A stretch of DNA of 64,000 nucleotides from Chitinophagales bacterium (GCA_965213575.1 CBDBZN010000037.1:67835-131834), one strand, 5' to 3'; positions 30,301 through 39,691 are shown, counted from the first letter of the stretch. Translations and numbers: made by a program. Notes: generated by a model from the letters alone, not told the origin.

Positions 30301-32619
30301 AGAGGTGCCCGTTAAAACCGACGGCGTATGTCCTGAGCAGATAGTTTGATCAGCCGAAATGGTATTACCGGTGATAGGCGGTTGCACAGAAATTTGCACA
30401 GTATCGCTAAAAGAGGTATCACAAGTAGAAGAAGTAACAATTCTTCGGTAATAAGTGGTATCTGTTAAGATGCCGGGGGCATAATCGGAATTATTAGAAG
30501 TTCCAACTGCTGTACTATAATTAATGTTATCAAGGCTTTGTTGCCACAAGAAAGCATGACTTCCATCACCACCTATTGGATCACTACCCGATAAGGCTGA
30601 CGGCGTATGTCCTGAACAGATAGTTTGATCAGCCGAAATGGTATTACCGGTGATAGGCGGTTGCACAGAAATTTGCACAGTATCGCTAAAAGAGGTATCA
30701 CAAGTAGAAGAAGTAACAATTCTTCGGTAATAAGTGGTATCTGTTAAGACGCCGGGGGCATAATCGGAATTATTAGAAGTTCCAACTGCTGTACTATAAT
30801 TAATGTTATCAAGGCTTTGTTGCCACAAGAAAGCATGACTTCCATCACCACCTATTGGATCACTACCCGATAAGGCTGACGGCGTATGTCCTGAACAGAT
30901 AGTTTGATCAGCCGAAATGGTATTACCGGTGATAGGCGGTTGCACAGAAATTTGCACAGTATCGCTAAAAGAGGTATCACAAGTAGAAGAAGTAACAATT
31001 CTTCGGTAATAAGTGGTATCTGTTAAGACGCCGGGGGCATAATCGGAATTATTAGAAGTTCCAACCGCTGTACTATAATTAATATTATCAGGACTTTGTT
31101 GCCAATTATAGACATAATTACCATCACCACCGGTAGGAGAGGTGCCTGTTAAAGGTGCCGGCGTATTACCTGAGCAAATAGTTTGATCAGCCGAAATGGT
31201 ATTATCGGTAATAGGCGTACATTCCCCAATTCTACCTGCAAAAATATTATAATTATTAGAACTATTGAAATCAATGCTATCAAAAGATATATCACTACTA
31301 AAAGCCCCACAAACATATATGTTATCATCTGCCCCTACACTAATACCATAACCTTCTTCCCTACCGCCTCCTGCAGCTCCTTTAACCCAATTTAAAGTTC
31401 TATCAGGGTTATAGCATGCGACAAAAATATCCCTATTAGAGCCACCTGTTCCAGATAGAATTGTACCACTAAAATTAGTATTTCCTATGTAATCACCGAT
31501 AACATAAATTTTACCATCGGGAGCTAAATCAATATCATAACCCCAGCCTAAGTTATTGCTCTTAGCCGTTACTACCCAATCTGTATTGCCATTGTCCAAA
31601 GCATGCTTAGAAAGAAAAAAATCCTCTTCTGAAAGGCCATTAACATCAGGATGGCCCGGAAATTTTGCTTTGTCGTAAATATAACCTGAGATATATACCC
31701 CATCCGAATTTGCTGCTATGGCAAATGCTTCGTCATTTTTATTACCATTTCTGCCAATACTCTTTGCCCATCTAAAAGTGCCCTCATTAGTATAAGATGC
31801 TAAATATATTTGTGTAAATTCATCATCATTATTTGTTAACTCAAAAGTTGTCCCATTAAAACTTATGGTTTCACTACGATAATTACCTACTATATAAACA
31901 TTATCTTCATATGCAGTCAATACCCACGTTTCATCCTCCTCATCTCCACTTCCAACTGACCGCAGCCAGTCTACCGTTCCGCTTGAATTTATTTTTAGCA
32001 TGTAGCAATCTGAGCTGCCTAAGCTGGAAAGTGTTTGTCCCTGGAACGATAACCCTCCCCAAAATGTACCACAAACATATACATCGGATCCGTTTACTAC
32101 AACGCTATAGCCAATTCCGTAATTGCTTATACCTTGTACCACCCACTGCAATATTCCTGAGGAATTATATTTTGCTATAAATACATCTCTAGAACCACCA
32201 GCGCATGTTAAAAAATAATCTGGCCCTCCTAAGCCTTTGAAATTTGCTGTCCCTCTAAATGCTCCGGTTATATATACATTTCCTACATCGTCTGTAGTTA
32301 TCTCAATTGCTACATCATCTTCATCACCTCCAATTTTAAAGGCAGAAAGTACATTGCCATTGGCATCGTATCGAGCAACAAATGCATCTGCTCCACCATA
32401 AGTGTTCTTTAAACTATCACCATAAGAAGATGATAAATCACCTGCAAAAGTTCCACAAACATAAGTCGTATTAGTAGTGGCATCATACGCTATTTCGTAA
32501 GCAAGTTCAACTGAAGCGGTGCTAGCCTGCTTAACCCACTGCCAAGGAGGAGCTTGTGCATAGCTAGTGATAGGAAGTATAAGTATAAAATAAATAATAA
32601 GCCTTCCTACAAAATTCAT
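27397..32619 (-). CDS. Giant T9SS adhesin: SBBP beta-propeller repeats, 10 tandem 93-aa Cys-containing domains, further Ig-like domains, gliding-motility (type B) C-terminal domain
   Basis: Frame open to 32643. The ATG at 32619 gives signal peptide MNFVGRLIIYFILILPITSYAQA. SBBP-like blades (GGDEDDVAIEITTDDVGNVYITGAF...). The repeat domain is ISADQTICSG..P..L.G..P.GGDG...Y.WQ.S.D...Y....G.....Y.P..L.DTTYYRR.V.S..C. The C-terminus is PEGFSPNFDQINDNFVV...IFNRWGHLVYE...WDGTNMNGKKIAPDTYHYIL. Confidence 0.9.
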   Translation of the reverse strand: MNFVGRLIIYFILILPITSYAQAPPWQWVKQASTASVELAYEIAYDATTNTTYVCGTFAGDLSSSYGDSLKNTYGGADAFVARYDANGNVLSAFKIGGDEDDVAIEITTDDVGNVYITGAFRGTANFKGLGGPDYFLTCAGGSRDVFIAKYNSSGILQWVVQGISNYGIGYSVVVNGSDVYVCGTFWGGLSFQGQTLSSLGSSDCYMLKINSSGTVDWLRSVGSGDEEDETWVLTAYEDNVYIVGNYRSETISFNGTTFELTNNDDEFTQIYLASYTNEGTFRWAKSIGRNGNKNDEAFAIAANSDGVYISGYIYDKAKFPGHPDVNGLSEEDFFLSKHALDNGNTDWVVTAKSNNLGWGYDIDLAPDGKIYVIGDYIGNTNFSGTILSGTGGSNRDIFVACYNPDRTLNWVKGAAGGGREEGYGISVGADDNIYVCGAFSSDISFDSIDFNSSNNYNIFAGRIGECTPITDNTISADQTICSGNTPAPLTGTSPTGGDGNYVYNWQQSPDNINYSTAVGTSNNSDYAPGVLTDTTYYRRIVTSSTCDTSFSDTVQISVQPPITGNTISADQTICSGHTPSALSGSDPIGGDGSHAFLWQQSLDNINYSTAVGTSNNSDYAPGVLTDTTYYRRIVTSSTCDTSFSDTVQISVQPPITGNTISADQTICSGHTPSALSGSDPIGGDGSHAFLWQQSLDNINYSTAVGTSNNSDYAPGILTDTTYYRRIVTSSTCDTSFSDTVQISVQPPITGNTISADQTICSGHTPSVLTGTSPTGGDGSHAFLWQQSLDNINYITAIGTSTNTDYAPGVLTDTTYYRRIVTSSTCDTSFSDTVQISVQPPITGNTISADQTICSGHTPSALSGSDPIGGDGSHAFLWQQSLDNINYSTAVGTSNNSDYAPDILTDTTYYRRIVTSSTCDTSFSDTVQISVQPPITGNTISADQTICSGHTPSVLTGTSPTGGDGSHAFLWQQSLDNINYITAIGTSTNTDYVPGILTDTTYYRRIVTSSTCDTSFSDTVQISVQPPITGNTISADQTICSDLSPDTLRGSSPAGGDNAFTYLWQASADGITFYSATGSNDQEDYHPGTLSDTTSFRRIVYSSTCDSSISNLITINVYPSLTNNIISADQTICSGIMPDTFLGNKPSGGNGQIVWMWEIDSNDTGFADITFNNTDQNYLPPITMTDSLITKYYRRVATSGNCLTSYSNTVQLITTATISDNTISGNDTLCSEDSALVLSGSLPMGGDSNYIYSWEFGITPTNFTAAPGADSLQHYITNSIDETTYFRRIVRSINCPQNTSDTAVIVVYLPITNNTIEGPDELCKGTSNTLYDGSTGSGGDNSYSYQWEKSSDGINFESALGSSRDQFYNLPVISNPIHLRRKITSSVCDTSISTELYISVNDNPNADFEGNDSICQGDSILLSSNNISGLAPFNIQYATGDNIFNFEEIEADTHSFTVIPAQSKIYTIKELEDANGCISKNLTDSFRVTVLENPVANAGEDKDICGLATQLEPFPSVGMSTWQIPDEVNYDSTDYNVIANQYTTYNFVWTENNVFCADSDSVTISFHEQPNEVDAGMDKTLYYLFETDVIANTPENPFEGHWEIIEGSAELLNIYEPNLQVINLSVGVNIFRWIIENGPCEVIFDDVEVLVEDLYIPEGFSPNFDQINDNFVVRGLENVPSANLQIFNRWGHLVYETDQYLGTWDGTNMNGKKIAPDTYHYILKVSELDLIYNGYVVVKY
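28430..31215 (-). repeat. Tandem array of about 10 x 279-nt (93-codon) units inside the adhesin gene; six units are near-identical
   Basis: The anchor word c(a/g)a(a/t)atagtttgatc(a/g)gc(c/g)gaaatg recurs at 29222, 29501, 29780, 30059, 30338, 30617, 30896 and 31175, exactly 279 nt apart. Units below 29500 are progressively diverged. Confidence 0.9.
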
Positions 32620-33048
32620 ATATTTATCATTCACATAAATCATACCAGCTACCTAAATAAGAGCTTTTAGATTACTAAGGATCAAAATCAGTTAGTAATA
32701 AACTTACTTATACGCTGATGCGACATTAATTGTTACATTTATAATTCATAAAAATTTCTTCTATATAAATATAGCTTATATTTATATCAGAAAAAAATAA
32801 AACACTAATGTCGTTGTTTACCTATTTACTAAGGCTACAGTTTTATATAGATGCAAACTACCTGATTTATACTATAAAAGAAAATTAACGACATTATATT
32901 TTCATTATAATATTATAAATAATTGCAAAAATTTATAATAAAATGATATATAATAAATTTTACTTAATTGGGTAAAATATACCTCTTAAGTATAAAAATA
33001 CCCAATAGTAGATGAATAGATGGTAGGAGATTAATTAATAACCTTTAA

Positions 33049-33645
33049 TTAATTACTTTTAAAAGCTGCAATATTTTTCTGTACATATTTACCTAAAATA
33101 TCAAATTCAATATTTACAAGTTGATTAATTTGAAGATTTTTAAAGTTCGTATGCTCATAGGTATATGGAATAATTGCTACTGAAAAATGGTTATTGGAGA
33201 CATTATAGGCCGTTAAGCTAACACCGTTGATACAAATAGAACCTTTTTCTACCATTAAAAGTTGAAAAGATGAAGGTAAGTTAAAAACGAATTCCACGCT
33301 GCCGCCTTTATCAATCATGTCTACACATTCTACGACAGTATCTACATGCCCCTGCACCATATGCCCATCTAACCTACTTTGAATGGTAACTGACCTTTCT
33401 AAGTTGACAAAGTCATTTTCTTTTAGATGGCCGATAACAGTTTTCTGAAGTGTCTCCTGGATTGCAGTAACGGTATGAGTATGTTTCTTAACATCAACTA
33501 CTGTTAAGCAAACACCATTATGCGCTACACTTTGGTCGATTTTAAGCTCAGGTGAAATATCAGATTTTATATGAATATGAATATTAGAGCCATCTTCAAC
33601 GACCGCTTTGACTTCTCCTAGTGCTTCTATAATACCCGTAAACAA
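33049..33645 (-). CDS. ribE: Riboflavin synthase (alpha chain)
   Basis: MFTGIIE...G; two lumazine-binding repeats (…VAHNGVCLTV… / …ICINGVSLTA…). 198 aa. Confidence 0.9.
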   Translation of the reverse strand: MFTGIIEALGEVKAVVEDGSNIHIHIKSDISPELKIDQSVAHNGVCLTVVDVKKHTHTVTAIQETLQKTVIGHLKENDFVNLERSVTIQSRLDGHMVQGHVDTVVECVDMIDKGGSVEFVFNLPSSFQLLMVEKGSICINGVSLTAYNVSNNHFSVAIIPYTYEHTNFKNLQINQLVNIEFDILGKYVQKNIAAFKSN

Positions 33646-33648
33646 ATA

Positions 33649-36357
33649 TTAATTTTTATCGCCTCGTAAAATATGAATATAGCCTTTGAGCGGCTTTTCA
33701 CGTTTTATAATTCCTTCTAATCTGGTTTCATAAACGTCACATCCATAATAGTAAACTCCTTCTACTAATTCTTTGCCATTTTTGTCTGTGCCATTCCAAT
33801 TAATTTCAGGGTCTGAAGTTTCAAATAATAATTGGCCCCATCTGTTAAACACTTGAAAATCTACATGATCTATGAATCTAAATTTAAATACACCATTTAC
33901 TTTATAAGGGGTATATAAATCATTTTGTCCATCTCCATTTGGCGTAAACACATTAGGCAGGTCATATATCGGACAATTATCTACACATTTTTTCTGTGTA
34001 ATTCTACTTTCATTATTATTAGAATCCACTGCTGTGATCATATAACATCCCGCTACTGAATTAAATAAGTTTGCATGAACGTATATACTATCATCTGCCG
34101 GCAACTGAGTAGCAATAATTTGAGAATCTGCAGTAAACGTAGGGGCGTAATAAATATTATAAAACAATACATCTTCGGCGCAAGAGTCTGAGGGGTCAAC
34201 CCAATTTAAAGTATTTTTAAAATTAGCAGCTACCCATGGTATCTCCGGAATGATGTCGCAGTTATTTATCACTTCTAAAATAGGCTCACAAGGCGGAATA
34301 TTATCTACCGGTGCTTTGCAAACTATTTGTGAATTATTAATCAATGTATCTACCTCATCTGTTCCATAAGTACCTATACTTTGAATATAATAGCAGTAAA
34401 TGCTGTCGTTCTTTAAGCCTTTATCTACATAGGTGCTAACTGTTACCGTATCTAATGGAAAATAATTGTTTCCAACGACTTCTTTTTTAAAGATTACATA
34501 CTGATCATTAAACCAAGGCACATCCTCTTGCCAAGAAAGAATTAAGCGATTATCTGTGGGCTCAATAGTGAGGTAAACAGAAGAGGCAGGTTCTGTTTCA
34601 CCAAGTAAAGTGCCATTATTAACATAAAATTCCAGTAAATAGTAATATTGGTTATCGACAGTATTGATTGTGCTATCTAAAAAAGCTGTGTCGTTAAAAG
34701 TATTATAAGTAGGTGCAGTGAAAGATTTTATTTCTGTGTAGGTGCCGGCTGCATTTGTTTTTCTATAAATTTTATATTCATATGGGCCCGGGTTTTGAAT
34801 AGTGTCTAAATCTTCACGTTTGGGCTTCAGCCAAGCAATTTGTATTTTTCCATTTATTGAATCCGTCTCCGTAACCGTCACATGGGTAATGACCGGAATG
34901 TCTTGTTTCAATTGTTCGCAAACCTCATTAGATGGCAAACTTTCTACTTTATTATAAGGGAAATTACCACCACCGTCAGCAAACCCCGCCGTTACCCTAT
35001 AACAATATTCAAAACCAATTTCTACATCCTTATCTTCATAAGTATGTTCATCAATACCTATCGCTATAGCAGTATAACCTAAGTCGGCTAAATTGACAGG
35101 ACATTTACCGCTAAAAGTATCTCCTGACCCTAACTTTCTCCAGATAGTAAATCCTTGAAACTTTGTGGAAGAGAAACATTCGTATGGATTATCCCAATTT
35201 AAAATTATTCTTCCGGTCAATGCAGTTGCCGTCAAATTTTCAGGGGGTGGGGCGACAACAGTAATCAGCCATGTTTCTAAGTCAGCAAGTGGCTTTAAGT
35301 TTCCTCCCTGCACAAAATTATCTTCTGCTTTAAAAACTACTTCATAAAAAAATTTCCTTACGTGATCACAAGTCGTTTGCCAAGAAAATTGCCCGGTGAT
35401 AGAATCAGTACCCATAATAGTATTAAAATTAGCAGGATTAGGACTCACTTCTAAAGGGCCACCTTCTGCACTTAAAGTGATAACTTGCCCTATATTAGGA
35501 TCTGTCGCAGTGACTGAAATATTCAGTAATTCGCCTGCTATGACACAGGTATCGTTTATTTCTTTAACATCAGGCGGAAGATTTGCTACATCCAGTACAA
35601 TTATCTGCATGTCTCTTAAAAGGGTACCTATTAAAAATCCATTCCTATATTCTGAGATTAAGATGGCAATGTTATATATTCCTTCTACCTTGGGGCTTGC
35701 CCATTCCAACTCGCCTGTAATAGCATCAATCATAATATTATTATTTGGCCCCGGGCCCACCTCATCAGGGTATAAATAATTAGGCACGTCTGCATTAGCG
35801 TTTTGTTTAGGAATAATCAACTGATAGGAAAGGCTATCCCCATCTGAATCGAAAGCATTAGGATTATGTTTAAAAATAGTATTCACATTGGCATAATCTA
35901 ATGGTGGTTGGAGTAAAACCGGAGAATTATTGAATCCGAAGAATTGTGGGTCTAAGACAATTAATTCTGTTTCTACATAAAAGGGAATATTGACTGAGCC
36001 TCCATCATTTACATTGATAATGGAAGCAATTCTATTAGCATCAACGATAGATAATGTGTAGCTGGATGGGCCCGGATATGTATGGGTGGCGCTATATTCG
36101 TTACGTTTTACGTCATCTGCTAAGATAACTTCTTCGATTCGGGGAATAAATTGCGATTGACCATCTCCCCAAAACAATTCCAAAGAATCTCGATCAGCCG
36201 GACTGGATTCTTTAGTATAGGTTACCACAGTAACTTCGAATTTAAAATTAGATATTTGTTTATAAGTAATTTCTCCTGCTCTGTTATGGGTTGCAAAGGC
36301 TATGGAAAATGTAAAAAAACTGAAAAGCGTACTTAATAGTATATCTTTAAAGCGCAT
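33649..36357 (-). CDS. T9SS-secreted surface protein with Ig/FN3-like domains and a gliding-motility (type B) C-terminal domain
   Basis: 902 aa with a signal peptide. The C-terminus is PNVFTPNGDGQNDLYTP...VFNRWGQLLFE...WNGTDKNGKELVEGVYYY...GYIHILR. Confidence 0.85.
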   Translation of the reverse strand: MRFKDILLSTLFSFFTFSIAFATHNRAGEITYKQISNFKFEVTVVTYTKESSPADRDSLELFWGDGQSQFIPRIEEVILADDVKRNEYSATHTYPGPSSYTLSIVDANRIASIINVNDGGSVNIPFYVETELIVLDPQFFGFNNSPVLLQPPLDYANVNTIFKHNPNAFDSDGDSLSYQLIIPKQNANADVPNYLYPDEVGPGPNNNIMIDAITGELEWASPKVEGIYNIAILISEYRNGFLIGTLLRDMQIIVLDVANLPPDVKEINDTCVIAGELLNISVTATDPNIGQVITLSAEGGPLEVSPNPANFNTIMGTDSITGQFSWQTTCDHVRKFFYEVVFKAEDNFVQGGNLKPLADLETWLITVVAPPPENLTATALTGRIILNWDNPYECFSSTKFQGFTIWRKLGSGDTFSGKCPVNLADLGYTAIAIGIDEHTYEDKDVEIGFEYCYRVTAGFADGGGNFPYNKVESLPSNEVCEQLKQDIPVITHVTVTETDSINGKIQIAWLKPKREDLDTIQNPGPYEYKIYRKTNAAGTYTEIKSFTAPTYNTFNDTAFLDSTINTVDNQYYYLLEFYVNNGTLLGETEPASSVYLTIEPTDNRLILSWQEDVPWFNDQYVIFKKEVVGNNYFPLDTVTVSTYVDKGLKNDSIYCYYIQSIGTYGTDEVDTLINNSQIVCKAPVDNIPPCEPILEVINNCDIIPEIPWVAANFKNTLNWVDPSDSCAEDVLFYNIYYAPTFTADSQIIATQLPADDSIYVHANLFNSVAGCYMITAVDSNNNESRITQKKCVDNCPIYDLPNVFTPNGDGQNDLYTPYKVNGVFKFRFIDHVDFQVFNRWGQLLFETSDPEINWNGTDKNGKELVEGVYYYGCDVYETRLEGIIKREKPLKGYIHILRGDKN

Positions 36358-36484
36358 CTGTGTAAGATATAGTTAAATGTTATTTTATACAAACAATTTA
36401 TTCATAAGAAAAATTCTTGCTTTTTTAACGCTCAATTATCAGTTTTGTTATTCAAGAGCATAGGCCTTTCAAAATCTAATTAAA

Positions 36485-37468
36485 TTAACGCGCCAATTCT
36501 ACAAATACCGGGAAGTGATCGCTAAATCCTCCAATATAAATGGGGCCTTGATAAGTTCTATACGGCATACCGCTCAAAGAATTATTTTTATGCTTATATA
36601 GCCAATCGGGATCAAAAATATCAGCATATTTATATGATAAGTAGGTAGTATTTCCGGTAATGATAATTTGATCAAACAGATTCCATCTCCCTTTGTATTT
36701 TAAGGTGCCTTTTCCTGATTTATAAATATCTTGAAAGGGATTAAGTACTGCTACTTTTTTATTTTGCTGAGACAGCATTGATACACTTCGATTGATAGGA
36801 TCATCATTAAAATCTCCCATCACAATTTGCAAATCATTAGGATAACGTTGGTGATAGTCATCTATAAGTAATTTTAATTTATTGGCAGCGGTTAAGCGTT
36901 TGCTTTCGGAAGCAACTACACCACCTCTCCTAGATGGCCAATGATTAACAAAAATACTGACAGTATCTTCATCTATTTCTCCTCTAACATATAAAATGTC
37001 TCTTGTTTTAATATTCGGATTTTGATCAAAATATATCGGGTAATTTTTATGTGATAAAATCTTAAAAATGTCTTTTCGATAAAGTAAAGCCACATCAATT
37101 CCTCTCTCATTAGGAGACTCGTAATGTATAAAGTCGTAATCTGTCCGGATCAAAGGAGTATTTTCAATAAGGTCAGTTAATACTTTTTTATTTTCTATTT
37201 CGCCCAATCCCACTACAACCGGGAGGTTTTCTTCTCCTAATGCTATAATGACTTTAGCAATATTTAGCAATTTTTGATTATATCGATAATAATTCCATTT
37301 TTTAGCACCTGTAGGTAAAAACTCATTATCATTTTTCTGTAGGTCATCTACGGTATCAAATAAATTTTCTACATTGTAATACATGAACCGGTATGTATCA
37401 GCTGATGGTTGTGTACAAGCAGTAAAAAAAGTAAGAATAAAATAGAGAAATGTTATCTTAAAGTACAT
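36485..37468 (-). CDS. Endonuclease/exonuclease/phosphatase (EEP) family lipoprotein
   Basis: The ATG at 37468 gives MYFKITFLYFILTFFTAC (lipobox); the ORF-track start is 37498. EEP motifs are MYYNVENLFD, GDFND and SDHFPV. Confidence 0.8.
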   Translation of the reverse strand: MYFKITFLYFILTFFTACTQPSADTYRFMYYNVENLFDTVDDLQKNDNEFLPTGAKKWNYYRYNQKLLNIAKVIIALGEENLPVVVGLGEIENKKVLTDLIENTPLIRTDYDFIHYESPNERGIDVALLYRKDIFKILSHKNYPIYFDQNPNIKTRDILYVRGEIDEDTVSIFVNHWPSRRGGVVASESKRLTAANKLKLLIDDYHQRYPNDLQIVMGDFNDDPINRSVSMLSQQNKKVAVLNPFQDIYKSGKGTLKYKGRWNLFDQIIITGNTTYLSYKYADIFDPDWLYKHKNNSLSGMPYRTYQGPIYIGGFSDHFPVFVELAR

Positions 37469-37543
37469 GTACTTCAAAGATAATATTTTTAATATCATAA
37501 AAGTATAAAGTAATTGTGGCCACTTTTTAGACAGAAAATAATA

Positions 37544-39691
37544 TTACATCTCCTGTTTATGTTTATAAATCGGCTCTATACCCATATTATAAAACACGAA
37601 TGCCCATACATCAGCATACTCTTCTATGATCTTTGAAGTAGGTTTGCCTGAGCCATGGCCTGCCATCGTTTCAATCCTAATCAACACCGGATTATCTCCT
37701 TGTTGTTTTTCTTGTAGCGTAGAAATAAATTTATAAGAGTGAGCCGGTACCACTCTATCATCGTGATCTGCGGTGATTACCATAGTAGCAGGATATGCTG
37801 TCTCTTCTATATTGTGGAGAGGAGAATATTTAAGCAAATTTTCAAACTGGACGGAATCTTCGCTTGAACCATATTCCGATACCCATGCATGGCCAATAGT
37901 GTATTTATGAAATTTCAACATATCTAATACGCCTACGGCAGGAAGTGCCACTTGGAATAGTTCAGGCCGCTGAGTCATTGCAGCTCCAACTAATAATCCC
38001 CCATTCGACCTGCCGGAAATGGCTAGTTTTTCTGAATTCGTATATTTATTATTAACTAAATACTCGGCTGCGCTTATGAAATCATCAAAAACATTTTGTT
38101 TCTTATCTAACATGCCGCTTTTATGCCATTCTTCTCCATACTCACTTCCACCTCTCAGGTTGGCTACTGCATACACACCACCATTTTCTAACAGCACAAT
38201 ATTAGCAATACTAAAACTTGGTGTAATGCTGATGTTGAAACCTCCATATCCATATAAAACTGTAGGGTTTTGGCCGTTAAGTTGCAAGCCTTTTTTATAG
38301 GTGATAAACATAGGTATTTTAGTGCCGTCTTTACTGGAATAAAACACTTGTTTAGTTTCATAATCTTGCGGGTTAAATTTTGCTTCAGATTCTTTGAAAA
38401 CTTCAGAAGTTTTGGTAGCAATATTATATTTGTAAGTTGTACCGGGATAGGTATATGAAGTAAAGCGGTAAAAAACAAATTCTGCATCCTTCTTTCCCTC
38501 AAACCCGCTTACATTTCCAACAGTTGGAAGTTGCACTTCGCTTTCTTGGTTGCCTTCCATATCATAAACATATATTTTACTGGCTACATCTACCATATAA
38601 TGAGCAAAAAGCTTACCTCCGGCACTGCTGATGCTACTAAGCACTTCTTCTTTTTCCGGTATGAGGGTTTCCCAATTTTTTGGTTCCGGTTTATTGATGT
38701 CAATTAAAACTATTCTATATTTAGGAGCATCTTTATTAGTGGCTACAACTAATTTGTCGCCAATATTATCAATCAGATTATAGCTGTTTTTTATTTCTTT
38801 AACGATAGGAACGAATTGGCTGTTTGACTTAGTAAGGTCTTTTACGTAAAGTGCATTATCATTACTGGCCCCGGAGCTGATGTATAATTCTAAAAACCGC
38901 TCATCTTCTGTTACGCCTGCATAAAATCCTAATTTAGGTTCTTTAGGATCTTCATAAATGAGTTTGTCTTCATTTTGGCGTGTTCCTATCTTGTGATAAT
39001 ATATTTTAGCATTTTCGTTTTGAGAAGATAGGTCTTTGCCGGCTTCCGGTTCCGGATATCGGGTGTAGAAAAAACCATCTTTATACCAGGACATGCCGGA
39101 AAATTTAACATACTCTATGGTGTCAGATAGTTGCTCTTTTGTTTCCATGTCTATTACATAAAACTTTTTCCAATCTGATCCGCCTTCAGAGAGGCCATAG
39201 CCAAAGTATTTACCATCGTTAGAAACGCTAGTAGTGCTGATGGAAACTGTGCCTTCATCAGACATTTTATTAGGATCTAAAAATACTTCCGGCTCTCCAT
39301 CTAAGCCTTTTTGACGATATAGCACTGCTTGGTTTTGCAAGCCGTCGTTCTTATAATAAAAGTAATACTCGCCACCTTCAAAAGGAGTTGAATATTTCGG
39401 GTAATTCCACAATTCTTCTAAGCGATCTTTTATCTCATCCTTATAAGAAATTTGGCTGAGATAATCTTGGGTAAGCTTATTTTGTGCCGCTACCCATGAT
39501 TTTGTTTCTTCAGAATTTTCATCTTCTAACCAATAGTAAGAATCTTTAATTTCTGTATTGAAATATAGGTCTACTTTATCTTGTTTAGCAGTAGCGGGAT
39601 ATTCGATTTTTCTGGCAGGCGGATTATCTACATTAGATTGGCAACCGATAATTAATGCTAGGGGAGGCAAAGTGAAATATTTAATGTTCAT
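37544..39691 (-). CDS. Prolyl oligopeptidase (S9A family) lipoprotein
   Basis: 715 aa. The N-terminal propeller region has YYWLEDENSEET. The catalytic region has GRSNGGLLVGA, ...DHDDRV... and ...AGHG. Confidence 0.9.
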   Translation of the reverse strand: MNIKYFTLPPLALIIGCQSNVDNPPARKIEYPATAKQDKVDLYFNTEIKDSYYWLEDENSEETKSWVAAQNKLTQDYLSQISYKDEIKDRLEELWNYPKYSTPFEGGEYYFYYKNDGLQNQAVLYRQKGLDGEPEVFLDPNKMSDEGTVSISTTSVSNDGKYFGYGLSEGGSDWKKFYVIDMETKEQLSDTIEYVKFSGMSWYKDGFFYTRYPEPEAGKDLSSQNENAKIYYHKIGTRQNEDKLIYEDPKEPKLGFYAGVTEDERFLELYISSGASNDNALYVKDLTKSNSQFVPIVKEIKNSYNLIDNIGDKLVVATNKDAPKYRIVLIDINKPEPKNWETLIPEKEEVLSSISSAGGKLFAHYMVDVASKIYVYDMEGNQESEVQLPTVGNVSGFEGKKDAEFVFYRFTSYTYPGTTYKYNIATKTSEVFKESEAKFNPQDYETKQVFYSSKDGTKIPMFITYKKGLQLNGQNPTVLYGYGGFNISITPSFSIANIVLLENGGVYAVANLRGGSEYGEEWHKSGMLDKKQNVFDDFISAAEYLVNNKYTNSEKLAISGRSNGGLLVGAAMTQRPELFQVALPAVGVLDMLKFHKYTIGHAWVSEYGSSEDSVQFENLLKYSPLHNIEETAYPATMVITADHDDRVVPAHSYKFISTLQEKQQGDNPVLIRIETMAGHGSGKPTSKIIEEYADVWAFVFYNMGIEPIYKHKQEM

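Noticed and set aside
28430-31215. I asked whether the 279-nt repeats are a CRISPR-like array or a diversity-generating retroelement target/template pair.
   Set aside because: The units are contiguous, in frame and protein-coding, with no spacers. No reverse transcriptase or cas genes are nearby. Differences between units are not restricted to adenine positions.
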